Positions 1-9,410 of a stretch of 64,000 nucleotides of DNA are shown in pieces. The stretch's first letter is position 1; each line of letters begins with the position of its first letter. The position numbers and the translations under genes were made by a program. The stretch comes from Acidimicrobiia bacterium (GTDB lineage Bacteria; Actinomycetota; Acidimicrobiia; Spongiisociales; UBA5794). The notes below the pieces were generated by a model that ran no database searches, was not told where the DNA came from, and worked only from the letters and a program-made list of their open reading frames with translations. Location of the stretch: contig JBFISM010000001.1 in NCBI GenBank assembly GCA_041608535.1, forward strand, positions 30,139 through 94,138. The letters are read 5' to 3'.

Positions 1-219
1 CCACCCGATGACGGCGATGGCGGTCACGGCGAGTCCAAAACCCACGACGAACAGGGCATCGAAGATGCCCTGTTCGATGGATCCGGCAAGCCGGGACGCA
101 AGTCCGAGAGTGGAGTAGATCGTCGCCACCAGCAGGCCGGCGAGCATCCACAGCCGTCGCTCCCGCACGGAGGCGAGCCACGAGGTCGGCCGCCGATCGC
201 GATCGGAATCGATGTGCAT
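1..219 (-). CDS. hypothetical membrane protein, N-terminal fragment (ORF open to window edge)
   Basis: ATG at 219..217 on minus strand; translation MHIDSDRDRRPTSWLASVRERRLWMLAGLLVATIYSTLGLASRLAGSIEQGIFDALFVVGFGLAVTAIAVIGW is hydrophobic and protein-like with no stop before base 1, so it is absent from the ORF track. Confidence 0.4.
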   Translation of the reverse strand, partial: MHIDSDRDRRPTSWLASVRERRLWMLAGLLVATIYSTLGLASRLAGSIEQGIFDALFVVGFGLAVTAIAVIGW

Positions 220-253
220 GAGGCCACGGTGCCAGGCTTCTCCATTGGCCACC

Positions 254-271
254 ATGGGGGTTGTCCCCCAT
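254..271 (-). terminator. GC hairpin (ATGGGGG-TTGT-CCCCCAT) downstream of ABC ATPase gene
   Basis: 7-bp perfect stem with tetraloop seen in sequence between end of ATPase gene (427) and start of next minus-strand gene (219); no U-run. Confidence 0.3.
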
Positions 272-426
272 TCGGCCGACGTCGGTGTGCGATCGGTTTC
301 GGGCGCCGCCGTTCGGCTCGACCACCGTCGCCTGCCAAGGCCGGTGGATCCCGTGACTCCGCATGCCGTCACTCAGGGGTCGACGTGCAGACCGCCCGCA
401 GGCCGTCGTCGTGGCTCACCCCCTTC

Positions 427-1479
427 TCACCCTGGAGGAAGCCACGCTCGAGTCATCGTGAGCCCGATCCGTTCCCCGATCTCGAACTGCGGCGCTCCCG
501 TGACGCGAGCCGTGAACACCCCGACCGGGGTCGTGACCTCATAGTCTGTGTGCGGACCGCGAAACCAACGAGCACCCACCTCTCCCTTGATGACGCCGCT
601 TGGGGCATCGGTGTCACCGACGACAATCCACTCCGGCCGGATCAGCAGCTCGCCGTGCGACCCGGTTGGCGCCGCACCGTGCACCGCAACCCGCAGCGAC
701 CCGAACCTTGCAACGGTCCTCGTTGCCTCCGTCTCCAGGTCCGCCTCGATCACCGACACCGCTCCGGTCAACGTCGCCGTCCATCGATCGACCGGCCGTT
801 CGTAGATGTCTACGGGGGAGCCGACCTGGACGACTCGACCCTGCCGCAGCACCACCACTCGATCGGCGGCGGCGAGCGCCTCGACCGCATCGTGCGTGGC
901 ATAGACGACGCCTGCCGACCCAGCGGAGGTGCGCGTGGCGATCTCTTCCTGGACGGCGGTGCGCAACGCCGCATCGAGGTGAGCAGTCGGTTCGTCGAGG
1001 AGGAAGAGCTTGGCGGAGCGGGCCAGCGCCCGGGCGAGCCCGACGCGCTGCTGCTGGCCCCCCGACAGCTCTGCGGGCTTGCGTCGTGCCAGCTCTGCGA
1101 TCCCAACGCTGTCGAGCAGGCGGTGCGCCTCCTCGTGGGCCTGGGCCCGCCCCATCCCGCTGCGCAGCAGCGGGTAAGCAACGGTCTCCTCGGCTGTCAG
1201 ATGAGGCCACAGCGCGTAGTTCTGGAACACGAAGCCGATGGCCCGCTCCTCCGGCGGAGCCGCTGTCCTGGTGCTTGCGACCTCCACACCAGCAACGGAG
1301 ATCTCTCCCGCATCGAGATCGGCGAATCCGGCAATCGCATACAGCAGGGTGCTCTTCCCTGAGCCGGATGGTCCGAGCACAGCCACCGTCTCCCCGGGCG
1401 CCACCGAGACGTCCACGCTGTCGAGCGCGACCACGTCGCCGTAGCGCACCGTCAATCCTCGGCACTCGAGCACCGCCAT
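427..1479 (-). CDS. ABC transporter ATP-binding protein (Fe3+/spermidine-putrescine importer type, with C-terminal TOBE-like domain)
   Basis: Walker A GPSGSGKST, signature LSGGQQQRVGLARA, Walker B LFLLDEP; ORF-track N-terminal 124 aa is Arg-rich artefact; ATG at 1479..1477 overlaps TGA of upstream permease (ATGA coupling). Confidence 0.85.
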   Translation of the reverse strand: MAVLECRGLTVRYGDVVALDSVDVSVAPGETVAVLGPSGSGKSTLLYAIAGFADLDAGEISVAGVEVASTRTAAPPEERAIGFVFQNYALWPHLTAEETVAYPLLRSGMGRAQAHEEAHRLLDSVGIAELARRKPAELSGGQQQRVGLARALARSAKLFLLDEPTAHLDAALRTAVQEEIATRTSAGSAGVVYATHDAVEALAAADRVVVLRQGRVVQVGSPVDIYERPVDRWTATLTGAVSVIEADLETEATRTVARFGSLRVAVHGAAPTGSHGELLIRPEWIVVGDTDAPSGVIKGEVGARWFRGPHTDYEVTTPVGVFTARVTGAPQFEIGERIGLTMTRAWLPPG

Positions 1480-3089
1480 CACCCGGTTCCCAGCAGTCGG
1501 CGTGGCAGCTGTCCCAGCACCAGCAGCGGCAGGGCGACGACGAGCAGTGGCACCGTGAGCAACACGGCAAGCGCCGACGAAACCGGAACATCGCCGAGCT
1601 GTTGCAGGTTCAGCACCGCCACAGCCAGCGTATCCGTACCCGGTCCGTAGAGGAGGCTCGACATCGTGAGCTCGTGGAACGCAATCACGAAGACGAGCAG
1701 CCACCCACCGACGAGCGCCGGCCGCAGCAAGGGGAGAACGATCGTGCGCATGGTGGCCACCCGCCCGGCACCGCTGCTTCTCGCCGCACGCACGAGGTCG
1801 GGAGCGAGGTTGCTCGCGGACCCTGCGACGGTGCGGTGCCCGACGGCCCACAGCTTGGCGAGGTAGGCGAGCAGGATGAGCAGCAGCGTATCCCGCAGCG
1901 TTGGGGCATACGACAGCAACATGGCGACAGCAAGCGTCGAGCCGGGCACGGCGAAGGTGAGCAGGACCAACACAGCGGCGACGCCTCGCAATCTACGTTT
2001 GCCGATCGCCGCCACCGCACCCCCGAGCGCAACCGCCGCCGTGGCCGCCACTGCAGCCAGCAGCCCGCTGCGCGCAAGAGCGGCGAGCAACCGACCGTCG
2101 AGCGCCTCGCGGAAATGCTGCAGCGTCCAGTTGGCCGGTGTCGGGGGCACACCGACACCCCGAGTGATCGAGACCAGGATCAAGACGACGAGCGGGAGAA
2201 GTACCACTGCTACGGCCACTCCCCAGGCGACGATGGCAATCCAGGATCGACTGACAGTGCTGTGCCGGAACGGCAAGAGCTGTCCCGCCGTCGCCTCGAC
2301 GCGGCGCCGGCCGAGGAGCCCCTCTGCTCCCGCGGCAAAGACCAGCGCGACCATGACGAGACCCGTTGCCAGCAGCACTGCCCGGCTGAAGGCCTCCGGT
2401 TGAGCGGAGAGAGCCAGGTCTCCGTAGATCTGGGTGGTGGCGACGTCGAACGACGCCGGCGTTCCCAACACCGCCGGAACCCCAAACGAGTTGATCGCCA
2501 GCACGAAGACGAGCGCCGCCGCACCCAAGAGCGCCGGGGCGAGGAGCGGGACCGTGATCGTGCGGACCATGGTGAGCGGGGAGGCTCCCGAACTACGCGC
2601 GGCCAGCTCCAGATCGTGTCGCGCTCGCGTGTTGAGCGCGGTCGCACACACGAGATAGGCGAGCGGCATGGCGTTGACCGAGATGACCATCACGACGCCG
2701 ATCGGTCCCAATACGGCATCGAAACCGAGCCCAACCAAGTCGTCGATGAGGCCGCTCGGACCGTAGGCTCGCAGCCAGCTCATCGCTACCACGAACGGGG
2801 GAATCAGGACCGGCAACAGCACCGCCAGCCGGAGCCAACGGCGCCCCGCCACCACGACCCGCTCGGTGAGCACGGCCGCCCCCACACCCAGCAACGTCGC
2901 CAGCATCGCCGTGACCAGACCCACCCCGATCGTGTTGCGCACCACCTCCCGGGAGATCACCGCGGCATCGAGCGGGAACTGCTCGGCGGCCACCGCAGCG
3001 AGCTCGGTGAGCGGGACCACCACGAGTGCGCCGAGCGCTCCGAACACGGCAGCCACCAGCGTCCACTCACCTACTCGCCGCCGGATCAT
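1479..3089 (-). CDS. ABC transporter permease, fused duplicated (two TMD repeats; FbpB/ThiP-like)
   Basis: 536 aa hydrophobic protein with two similar permease halves; true start taken at MIRRRVGEWTLV (ORF-track upstream 161 aa is non-protein-like). Confidence 0.8.
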   Translation of the reverse strand: MIRRRVGEWTLVAAVFGALGALVVVPLTELAAVAAEQFPLDAAVISREVVRNTIGVGLVTAMLATLLGVGAAVLTERVVVAGRRWLRLAVLLPVLIPPFVVAMSWLRAYGPSGLIDDLVGLGFDAVLGPIGVVMVISVNAMPLAYLVCATALNTRARHDLELAARSSGASPLTMVRTITVPLLAPALLGAAALVFVLAINSFGVPAVLGTPASFDVATTQIYGDLALSAQPEAFSRAVLLATGLVMVALVFAAGAEGLLGRRRVEATAGQLLPFRHSTVSRSWIAIVAWGVAVAVVLLPLVVLILVSITRGVGVPPTPANWTLQHFREALDGRLLAALARSGLLAAVAATAAVALGGAVAAIGKRRLRGVAAVLVLLTFAVPGSTLAVAMLLSYAPTLRDTLLLILLAYLAKLWAVGHRTVAGSASNLAPDLVRAARSSGAGRVATMRTIVLPLLRPALVGGWLLVFVIAFHELTMSSLLYGPGTDTLAVAVLNLQQLGDVPVSSALAVLLTVPLLVVALPLLVLGQLPRRLLGTG

Positions 3090-3099
3090 TGGTGGAACA

Positions 3100-4104
3100 T
3101 CATTGCTCGAAGACAGTCGCATATTCGGCGAGCAGATCTTCCTGACGGTCGAAAGCGGCCGCCCAGTCGACCACGACCTGGAGCCCGCCTCGGGACCATT
3201 CGACATCACGACGTGCGGGCTCCCACCCTGTAGCTGCGATGGCGGTCTGGCCCTCGACACCGAGGACGTGTGTGACGAACGTTTCAGCCGAGTCGCCCCC
3301 GGTGGCGTCCACCACGGCGATGGGGCTGTAGATGGCGATGGCTCCCGAGACCGGCCACACCAGCTCCACCGGAGATCCATCGGCGATGGCGCCCCGCACC
3401 GTGCGATCGAGCGAGATGCCCGCAGCGTAGAGGCCCTCGGCGACGCCGGTGACGACATCCCCCGGTGAACGCACCTCGGTGACTTCGTTTGCGGCAAGTG
3501 CCCGGTAGAACTCGATGCCAAACCCGGCATCGAGCACGAAGAAGGCCAGCGCACCGAACGCCGAACCTGCAAACGCGGGATCCGGCATGGCGACGCCGCC
3601 GCTCACCGTCGTGAGATCGTTCCAATCCGCAACCCCCGCGGCCGCCTCCATACCGGCGACTATCACCAGGTTGAGCACCCGAGTGCCGAAGAACGATCCG
3701 GTGCGATATTCCTCGGGGATCGCAGCAGCCTCGACCGGCTGCCAGCTGCGCAACATCCCCTCTCGGTCGTACTGCTGGATCGACAGCGGGTCGGTCAGCC
3801 ACAGCACATCGGCCTGCAACCCTCCTGCGCGCTCTTCGGCGGCGATCCGAGCGGTGAGCTCACCGGTGGGAGCACGGAACACCTCGACCGTGAGGTCGGG
3901 ATGCGAGGCTGCGAATCCGGCCACCACCGCATCTACCGTGTCCTGGGTCACACTCGTATAGAGCCGCACCACTTCGTCGTCGGGCGTCCCGTTGCCACAC
4001 GTGGCAACGCCCAGAGCCAGCACGACGACCCACGACGCCCGGCGTCTTCGGTTGGTGCGGATTGGGCCCGAGGGGTGAACCCGGCCACCAGTCAACCGAA
4101 CCAC
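3100..4104 (-). CDS. ABC transporter periplasmic substrate-binding lipoprotein (Fe3+/thiamine family 1 SBP)
   Basis: signal/lipobox RRRASWVVVLALGVATCGNG; SBP family-1 like body; start assigned to in-frame GTG at 4104..4102 (ORF track extends to 4194). Confidence 0.7.
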   Translation of the reverse strand: MVRLTGGRVHPSGPIRTNRRRRASWVVVLALGVATCGNGTPDDEVVRLYTSVTQDTVDAVVAGFAASHPDLTVEVFRAPTGELTARIAAEERAGGLQADVLWLTDPLSIQQYDREGMLRSWQPVEAAAIPEEYRTGSFFGTRVLNLVIVAGMEAAAGVADWNDLTTVSGGVAMPDPAFAGSAFGALAFFVLDAGFGIEFYRALAANEVTEVRSPGDVVTGVAEGLYAAGISLDRTVRGAIADGSPVELVWPVSGAIAIYSPIAVVDATGGDSAETFVTHVLGVEGQTAIAATGWEPARRDVEWSRGGLQVVVDWAAAFDRQEDLLAEYATVFEQ

Positions 4105-4108
4105 GATC

Positions 4109-4897
4109 TCAGCCGAGCACGGTCTGTGGCCCTGGGTGCGCCAGCTCCCGATTGGTGTGATCGAGCTGCCGGGCCGAGAAGCGACGCAAGGCATTCAATT
4201 GCACGGGGCTGAGCCGGTCGCAGATCCAGCTCCAGTGCATCGACACCCAGTCTCCGGGATGCAAGGGCTCGAGATGGCCCAGTCCATCGTCAATAGCCGT
4301 CACCACCTCGGGCCGGGGCTCGCCGAGGAAGAGCCGCCCCCCGTCGAATTCCAGCGGGCGGCTGGTCACGACGACGTGGTTCCCTTCGACCGAGGACACG
4401 CGGCCCCAACGGATGCGGCACTGGTCGAGAATCTGCAGCGGTTCGCCGCGATCCGATTCCGTGAGGAGCCCGACCCACGGATAGGTGGCGAACACGTGAA
4501 AACTGTGATGCGGAACGCCTCCCGGGATCGCCGCGGCCATCATCGACCACTTGGAACCGGTTCGGGGCCGGAATCTGGCTTCGACCGTGTTGCCGAAGTC
4601 GATCGTGCCGACTCGATCGAGCAGCTCGTTCCCGACCCAATAGGCCTCGACGATCCGGTGGCTGAACGGCGCACCCGCTCCCGTCGTCTCCGCGAGAAGC
4701 CGCAGGTAGGGCCACGGCCCGTGGAACGACCTGGCCAGCTCGGCCAGACCCGCATCGACGACTGCGGATGTTCGATATTCGAGCAGCGCCCGATGGTCCT
4801 GCGGACCGCAGTAGCCCCGCTCGTTTGGCGGATACGCGTAGCGGGCGAACAGCAGCAGACCCGACCAATCCTCCGTGCCGGCAGACTCGGTCACCAC
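4109..4897 (-). CDS. conserved hypothetical protein
   Basis: 262-aa ORF with protein-like composition, GTG start, 5 nt downstream of SBP gene end; no recognisable catalytic motif. Confidence 0.55.
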   Translation of the reverse strand: MVTESAGTEDWSGLLLFARYAYPPNERGYCGPQDHRALLEYRTSAVVDAGLAELARSFHGPWPYLRLLAETTGAGAPFSHRIVEAYWVGNELLDRVGTIDFGNTVEARFRPRTGSKWSMMAAAIPGGVPHHSFHVFATYPWVGLLTESDRGEPLQILDQCRIRWGRVSSVEGNHVVVTSRPLEFDGGRLFLGEPRPEVVTAIDDGLGHLEPLHPGDWVSMHWSWICDRLSPVQLNALRRFSARQLDHTNRELAHPGPQTVLG

Positions 4898-5007
4898 CGG
4901 GCTGCAATCGATCGGACCTCCGAGGGGTCGTCCCCTGCTGTCGTCACGTCACCAGACATCACGTGGCAACAGCGTACTCCGGCTCTGCTCACGCTCTCCG
5001 TGGGGTG

Positions 5008-5808
5008 TCACTGTGTCACCGGAGGGGCCGCATCGTCGTGCCGAGTGGGATCGACGTGGATGGCGTCGTCCACGAATACGGTGCCGTCATCGACGTGCAG
5101 CAGCGCCGCTCCGTAGGCGGTGGAGAGATGCTGTGGTGTGAGCACCGTCTCGGGGGGTCCACTCGCGATCACTCTGCCCGAGAGCAGCACGACATGATCG
5201 GCCACTTGCGCTTCGGTGAGATCGTGGCTGGTGAAAACGACCGTGCACCCCTCATTGCGCTCGGCGTGGATCACCTTGTCGATGGCCTGCGCCGTGGGGA
5301 GATCGATCCCGGTGAGCGGCTCGTCGAGCAGCAACAGGTCGTGATCCTGGGCCAGGCCCTGGGCGAGAAAGACTCGTTGCCGTTGCCCTCCGGACAGCTC
5401 GTGGAGATGCTTGTCCGCAAAGCCCGTCATCCCGGTGCGTTCCATGGCCCGCTCGATCGCATCGTGGTCTTCGCTGGTCAACCGTTGATGCGCACCTGCC
5501 GATGCGTAGCGTCCCATCGTGACGATCTCGCGAGCGGTCACCGGTAGGGCGTCGCTGACCTTTGTCGTTTGGAACACATACGAGATGCGACGCACATCGT
5601 TGCTCACGGCAGGTACCCGGAGCGTCCCCTTCCGGGGTGGGAGGAGGCCGGCAATACCGTTGAGCAAGGTCGACTTGCCCGATCCGTTGGGCCCGATCAC
5701 GACAGTGATCGTCCCTGCCGGGATGGTGAACGTCGATCGATCGAGCGCCACGGCGCCGTCATAGGCGAGCACGACGTCGGTGGCCTCGACTGCGGTCGTC
5801 AGCGGCAT
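5008..5808 (-). CDS. znuC: metal (Zn/Mn) ABC transporter ATP-binding protein
   Basis: Walker A GPNGSGKST, LSGGQRQRV signature, LLLLDEP; start MPLTT at 5808 overlaps zur stop by 10 nt; sits in zur operon. Confidence 0.8.
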   Translation of the reverse strand: MPLTTAVEATDVVLAYDGAVALDRSTFTIPAGTITVVIGPNGSGKSTLLNGIAGLLPPRKGTLRVPAVSNDVRRISYVFQTTKVSDALPVTAREIVTMGRYASAGAHQRLTSEDHDAIERAMERTGMTGFADKHLHELSGGQRQRVFLAQGLAQDHDLLLLDEPLTGIDLPTAQAIDKVIHAERNEGCTVVFTSHDLTEAQVADHVVLLSGRVIASGPPETVLTPQHLSTAYGAALLHVDDGTVFVDDAIHVDPTRHDDAAPPVTQ

Positions 5809-6239
5809 CGGACGCATCTGCCCTCGATCTCGAGCACGTGGTCGGTGACGTGGAACTGAGCCTGAGCACCGATCTCGTCCACCAGGGCCTGCACCTCCCG
5901 CTCCTGGTCCTCGCCGATCTCGATGTCGTCGACGGACCCGCAGTCGGTGCACACGAGGTGATGATGGTGCCCGGTGAACCACTCGGCGAGCTCGAAGCGG
6001 GTGAGGCCTTTGGCACCGAAATGAGGCACGACGACGCCGGCTTCCTCGAGCACGCCGAGAGAGCGGTACAACGACGACACCGGGATGGATCCGGCGGTTT
6101 GTTCGTGCAACTCTGCGGCCGATCGGGGACCCGCGCCATTGGCGAGCGCGGCGACCACCGTCTCCCGACCGGCGGTGTAGCGGATACCGTGCTCCCGCAG
6201 CCTGCGCTCCACTTCCCGATGCAAGGCGGGTCTTGTCAC
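5799..6239 (-). CDS. zur: Fur-family zinc uptake regulator
   Basis: 146 aa, C-terminal HHHHLVCTDCG...CVRC metal-site motifs typical of Fur/Zur; GTG start at 6239..6237; ORF-track upstream extension is artefact. Confidence 0.8.
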   Translation of the reverse strand: MTRPALHREVERRLREHGIRYTAGRETVVAALANGAGPRSAAELHEQTAGSIPVSSLYRSLGVLEEAGVVVPHFGAKGLTRFELAEWFTGHHHHLVCTDCGSVDDIEIGEDQEREVQALVDEIGAQAQFHVTDHVLEIEGRCVRCR

Positions 6240-6258
6240 TCCATCGTCTTTCTGAGTA

Positions 6259-6312
6259 TGATTCTCACGAGAATAGTAATGGTTCTCATTCTCTTCAAGA
6301 TTCCGAGAATCG
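6259..6312. promoter_or_regulatory. candidate Zur operator cluster in divergent zur/znuA promoter region
   Basis: AT-rich 100-nt intergenic region with inverted repeat ATTCTC-AC-GAGAAT (6261..6274) plus further GAGAAT/TTCTC copies (GGTTCTCATTCTC at 6281..6293; GAGAAT 6305..6310). Confidence 0.5.
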
Positions 6313-6339
6313 GCATGCGGCGCGATTTCGAGTGGAGCA

Positions 6340-7257
6340 ATGCGACAGCTCTCTTCCCTGTTCATCGCAGTGCTCGCGATCCTTCTCGTGGGAGGATGTG
6401 GCGACTCCGGCAGCGACGACACCGGCAACGACGACGCTGGCCCGTCGGTGGTCGTCACCACGACGATCCTGGGGGATGTCCTCACCAACATCGTTGGCGA
6501 TGCAGCTTCCGTCCAGGTGCTCCTCCCGCCGGGAACCGACCCGCACGAGTACCAGCCGAGCTCGCAACAGGTCGCGGCGATCGCGTCTGCTGATCTCGTT
6601 GTCGCCAACGGACTCGGTTTGGAGGAGTCGCTCATCGACGTGCTGGACAGCGCCGCAGAGGACGGGGCCAACGTCGTGGAGATCGCTCCCCTGGTGGATC
6701 CGCTGCCGTTCTCGCGAGAGCCCGCAGCGGGACTCGATCCCCACGTTTGGCTGGACCCACTACGTATGGCCGATGCCGTCCGCCTGATCGCCGTCGAGCT
6801 GGCAGCGGTCGACCAGTCGGGCGACTGGCCGCAGCGAGCGGAGATGTTCGCCGACGAGCTGATCGCAACCCACGACACCATCACTGACATGCTGGCGGGC
6901 ATCCCGACCGATGCCAGGGTGCTCGTCACCAACCACGATGTGCTCGGCTACTTCGCAGAACGCTACGGGTTCGAGATCGCCGGCACGATCGTCCCCGGTG
7001 GGACCACGCTCGCCGATCCCAGCTCGGCCGAGCTCGCTGACCTGGTGACACTGATGGCGCACCGTGACATCCCGGCCATCTTCGTTGAGACCACCGAGCC
7101 CCAGGCGCTGGCCGAGGCGATTGCCGCCGAGCTCGATCACGACGTGGCTGTGGTACCGCTGCACACCGAGTCGGTTGGCGAGCCCGGCTCAGGAGCCGAG
7201 ACACTCATCGGCATGCTGCAGACGAACGCCGCACTCATCGCCGAGGCGCTCGCATGA
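6340..7257 (+). CDS. znuA: metal ABC transporter substrate-binding lipoprotein (ZnuA/TroA family)
   Basis: lipoprotein signal AILLVGGCGDSG; TroA-like SBP body with His/Asp-rich loop; followed by overlapping permease. Confidence 0.85.
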   Translation: MRQLSSLFIAVLAILLVGGCGDSGSDDTGNDDAGPSVVVTTTILGDVLTNIVGDAASVQVLLPPGTDPHEYQPSSQQVAAIASADLVVANGLGLEESLIDVLDSAAEDGANVVEIAPLVDPLPFSREPAAGLDPHVWLDPLRMADAVRLIAVELAAVDQSGDWPQRAEMFADELIATHDTITDMLAGIPTDARVLVTNHDVLGYFAERYGFEIAGTIVPGGTTLADPSSAELADLVTLMAHRDIPAIFVETTEPQALAEAIAAELDHDVAVVPLHTESVGEPGSGAETLIGMLQTNAALIAEALA

Positions 7258-8108
7258 GCTGGGTCGTCGATCCGTTCGCACTCGGTTTCCAACAGCGCGC
7301 CCTCATCGGCAGTTCGCTGGTGGCGATCGCACTGGCCATAGTGGGAACCTGGGTGGTCATTCGGGGTATGACATTCCTGGGTGATGCACTCGTCCACGGG
7401 GTCATCCCCGGCATCGCACTCGCCATCATCTTCGATGTGAACGTCCTGCTGGGTGCTGCCGCCGCGGCGCTGGTGATGATCGCCGGTATCACCGTCGTGC
7501 AGCGGCAGACTCGCTTCACCGAGGACACCTCGATCGGGCTGCTGTTCGTCGGCATGCTTGCACTCGGCGTGATCATCGTGTCGCGCACGCCCTCGTCTGT
7601 GGTCGAATTCAACGACGTGCTGTTCGGTGATGCGCTGGGCGTGACCACCACGGATCTCATAGTCGTGTCGTTCACCGCGGTGGTTGCGCTCGGCGCATCG
7701 CTGTGGCTCTATCGCCCCTTCCTCGTGGTGGCCTTCAACTGGGAAAAGGCTCAGCTCCTCGGGCTCCGGCCGGGTCTGGCCCACGCCGCCTTGCTCGGCC
7801 TGGTGACCCTGGTGATCGTCTCGTCGTTCCAGACCGTCGGCACGTTGCTCGTCTTCGGGCTTCTCGTCGGCCCACCGGCGACCGCCGCGCTGCTGGTTCG
7901 TCGCGTTCCGGCGATGATGGGAGTTGCCGCGCTCATCGGTGTCGGCTCAGTGGTTGTCGGGCTGGCTGTCGGACACCACGCCGGCACCTCGGGCTCTGCC
8001 ACCATGGCCCTGGTCCCCATCGTTGCGTTCTTTGCAGTACTCGCTTCACAACGTCTGCGGATCCGTCTGCGCCAGAACGCACCGCAACCCGCAGCCCGCT
8101 CGCGCTGA
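7254..8108 (+). CDS. znuB: metal ABC transporter permease (ZnuB/TroC family)
   Basis: 284 aa polytopic membrane protein; start overlaps znuA stop (ATGA). Confidence 0.85.
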   Translation: MSWVVDPFALGFQQRALIGSSLVAIALAIVGTWVVIRGMTFLGDALVHGVIPGIALAIIFDVNVLLGAAAAALVMIAGITVVQRQTRFTEDTSIGLLFVGMLALGVIIVSRTPSSVVEFNDVLFGDALGVTTTDLIVVSFTAVVALGASLWLYRPFLVVAFNWEKAQLLGLRPGLAHAALLGLVTLVIVSSFQTVGTLLVFGLLVGPPATAALLVRRVPAMMGVAALIGVGSVVVGLAVGHHAGTSGSATMALVPIVAFFAVLASQRLRIRLRQNAPQPAARSR

Positions 8109-8127
8109 TACGGGCGGGGGCGGCGCT

Positions 8128-8418
8128 CTACTCGACGCGAACGCCCTGCTCTTTGCTCTCTGCGAGGTACTCGGCTGCTTTGCGATGCTCGACCTGGCGA
8201 CCATCGACCAGGTAGGCGAGGACGTGGAACGCCAGGGCGAAGCCCCACACGCCGATGATCCACAGGATCCAGGTGAGCCCGGCAGCGCCGATCGCGTCGA
8301 GCACCACGAAGAACGTATTGATGATCACGAAAGCGCCGACATGCCACATCACGCCCGTCAGATACTTGGCCCGGCGCTGCGCAAGCGCTTCGTGGACCGA
8401 GCTCGGCGTAGTGGTCAC
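8128..8418 (-). CDS. 2TM domain-containing small membrane protein
   Basis: 96 aa, two TM helices (FVIINTFFVVL, LTWILWIIGVWGFALAF); GTG start at 8418 with AGGAGG 6 nt upstream; ORF-track N-terminal 102 aa is Arg-rich artefact. Confidence 0.7.
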   Translation of the reverse strand: MTTTPSSVHEALAQRRAKYLTGVMWHVGAFVIINTFFVVLDAIGAAGLTWILWIIGVWGFALAFHVLAYLVDGRQVEHRKAAEYLAESKEQGVRVE

Positions 8419-8597
8419 GAGCCACCTCCTTCTTGTCAACCCCTGCATCGTGCCTGCCCTCATCGATGCTTGCCAGAGGCGATGGACCTCGAACGGACGG
8501 CGACCCTGACGGTCTCCTGATGGAGCACTAGCGGCCTGACCGACCCTGTGCCAAGCGCCGCGGGTGGTGCGATACAGACCCTCACCAAGGAGACCCG

Positions 8598-9323
8598 ATG
8601 CCCCGTCGTCAACGTCGTGCCCGATTGCCCCGATTACGTGCCCTCCGGCCCCTGGTGGCCGCAACCGCATTGCTGGCGACGCTCGGCGCGATGCCTGCCG
8701 CCGCCGCTGCCGATCCGGTCGCATACACCGAGGAGGTCCGGGTCGCCGCCGGAGTTTGGATCAACGAAACGGAGACCACGTTCAGCGACTTGACGCTCCA
8801 GGTGTACTACATCTCGACCTCGCTCAGCGGTTACGGCAAGAACCACACCAAGATCCCCCAGGTGAAGCTGTACTACGTGCACAAGGAGACCGATCCCGCC
8901 ACGAACACGGTGCTGCGGACCGAGTACGAAGGCTTCGTTGGCAACGATGCGAGCGCTAAGTTCACCTTCGACACGACGCTGTCGGGTGCCAAGGCCACGA
9001 TCGACGTGCCGCTCTCGGGATACCAGTGCATCGACAGCGGTCCCGCCGGCATGGTTCCCGAGGAGCCGTGCGTCGACCTCGAGCCGGTGACCGTCACCCT
9101 CGATCTGGCGTGGACCGGTGTCGGCGAAGTGTTCACCTTCACCGATGGGGTCTCCATCAAAGACATCCCCGGCTTCAAGTTCCATTCCAAGCTGCGGGGA
9201 TCGCAACGCAACGCAGTACTGACCGGGAGCGTCGCCGGTGGCGGGCTCGACCTGGCACAAGGTGATCCCGACATGGCTTTTCTGCTGACCGGGTCATACC
9301 GGGAAGAGACGGTCGCCCCGTGA
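8598..9323 (+). CDS. secreted hypothetical protein (N-terminal signal peptide)
   Basis: RBS AAGGAG 6 nt before ATG; signal LVAATALLATLGAMPAAAAA; lower-GC protein-like body, unknown family; followed by strong hairpin. Confidence 0.7.
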   Translation: MPRRQRRARLPRLRALRPLVAATALLATLGAMPAAAAADPVAYTEEVRVAAGVWINETETTFSDLTLQVYYISTSLSGYGKNHTKIPQVKLYYVHKETDPATNTVLRTEYEGFVGNDASAKFTFDTTLSGAKATIDVPLSGYQCIDSGPAGMVPEEPCVDLEPVTVTLDLAWTGVGEVFTFTDGVSIKDIPGFKFHSKLRGSQRNAVLTGSVAGGGLDLAQGDPDMAFLLTGSYREETVAP

Positions 9324-9352
9324 GACCCACACTCTGCACTGACTGAAGGTTG

Positions 9353-9383
9353 GGGCAGCCCGGTAACGCCCCCCGGGCTGCCC
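9353..9383 (+). terminator. terminator-like hairpin (11-bp stem GGGCAGCCCGG / CCGGGCTGCCC, 9-nt loop)
   Basis: perfect inverted repeat 30 nt after stop of 8598..9323; no U-run (common in high-GC genomes). Confidence 0.5.
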
Positions 9384-9410
9384 ACCACCCCGTCGGGTAC
9401 ATTTGCGGCG

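Noticed and set aside
600-3233. 877-aa Arg/Pro-rich ORF on plus strand
   Set aside because: Antisense to the well-supported ABC ATPase/permease genes. Extreme Arg/Pro bias is the typical high-GC antisense artefact.
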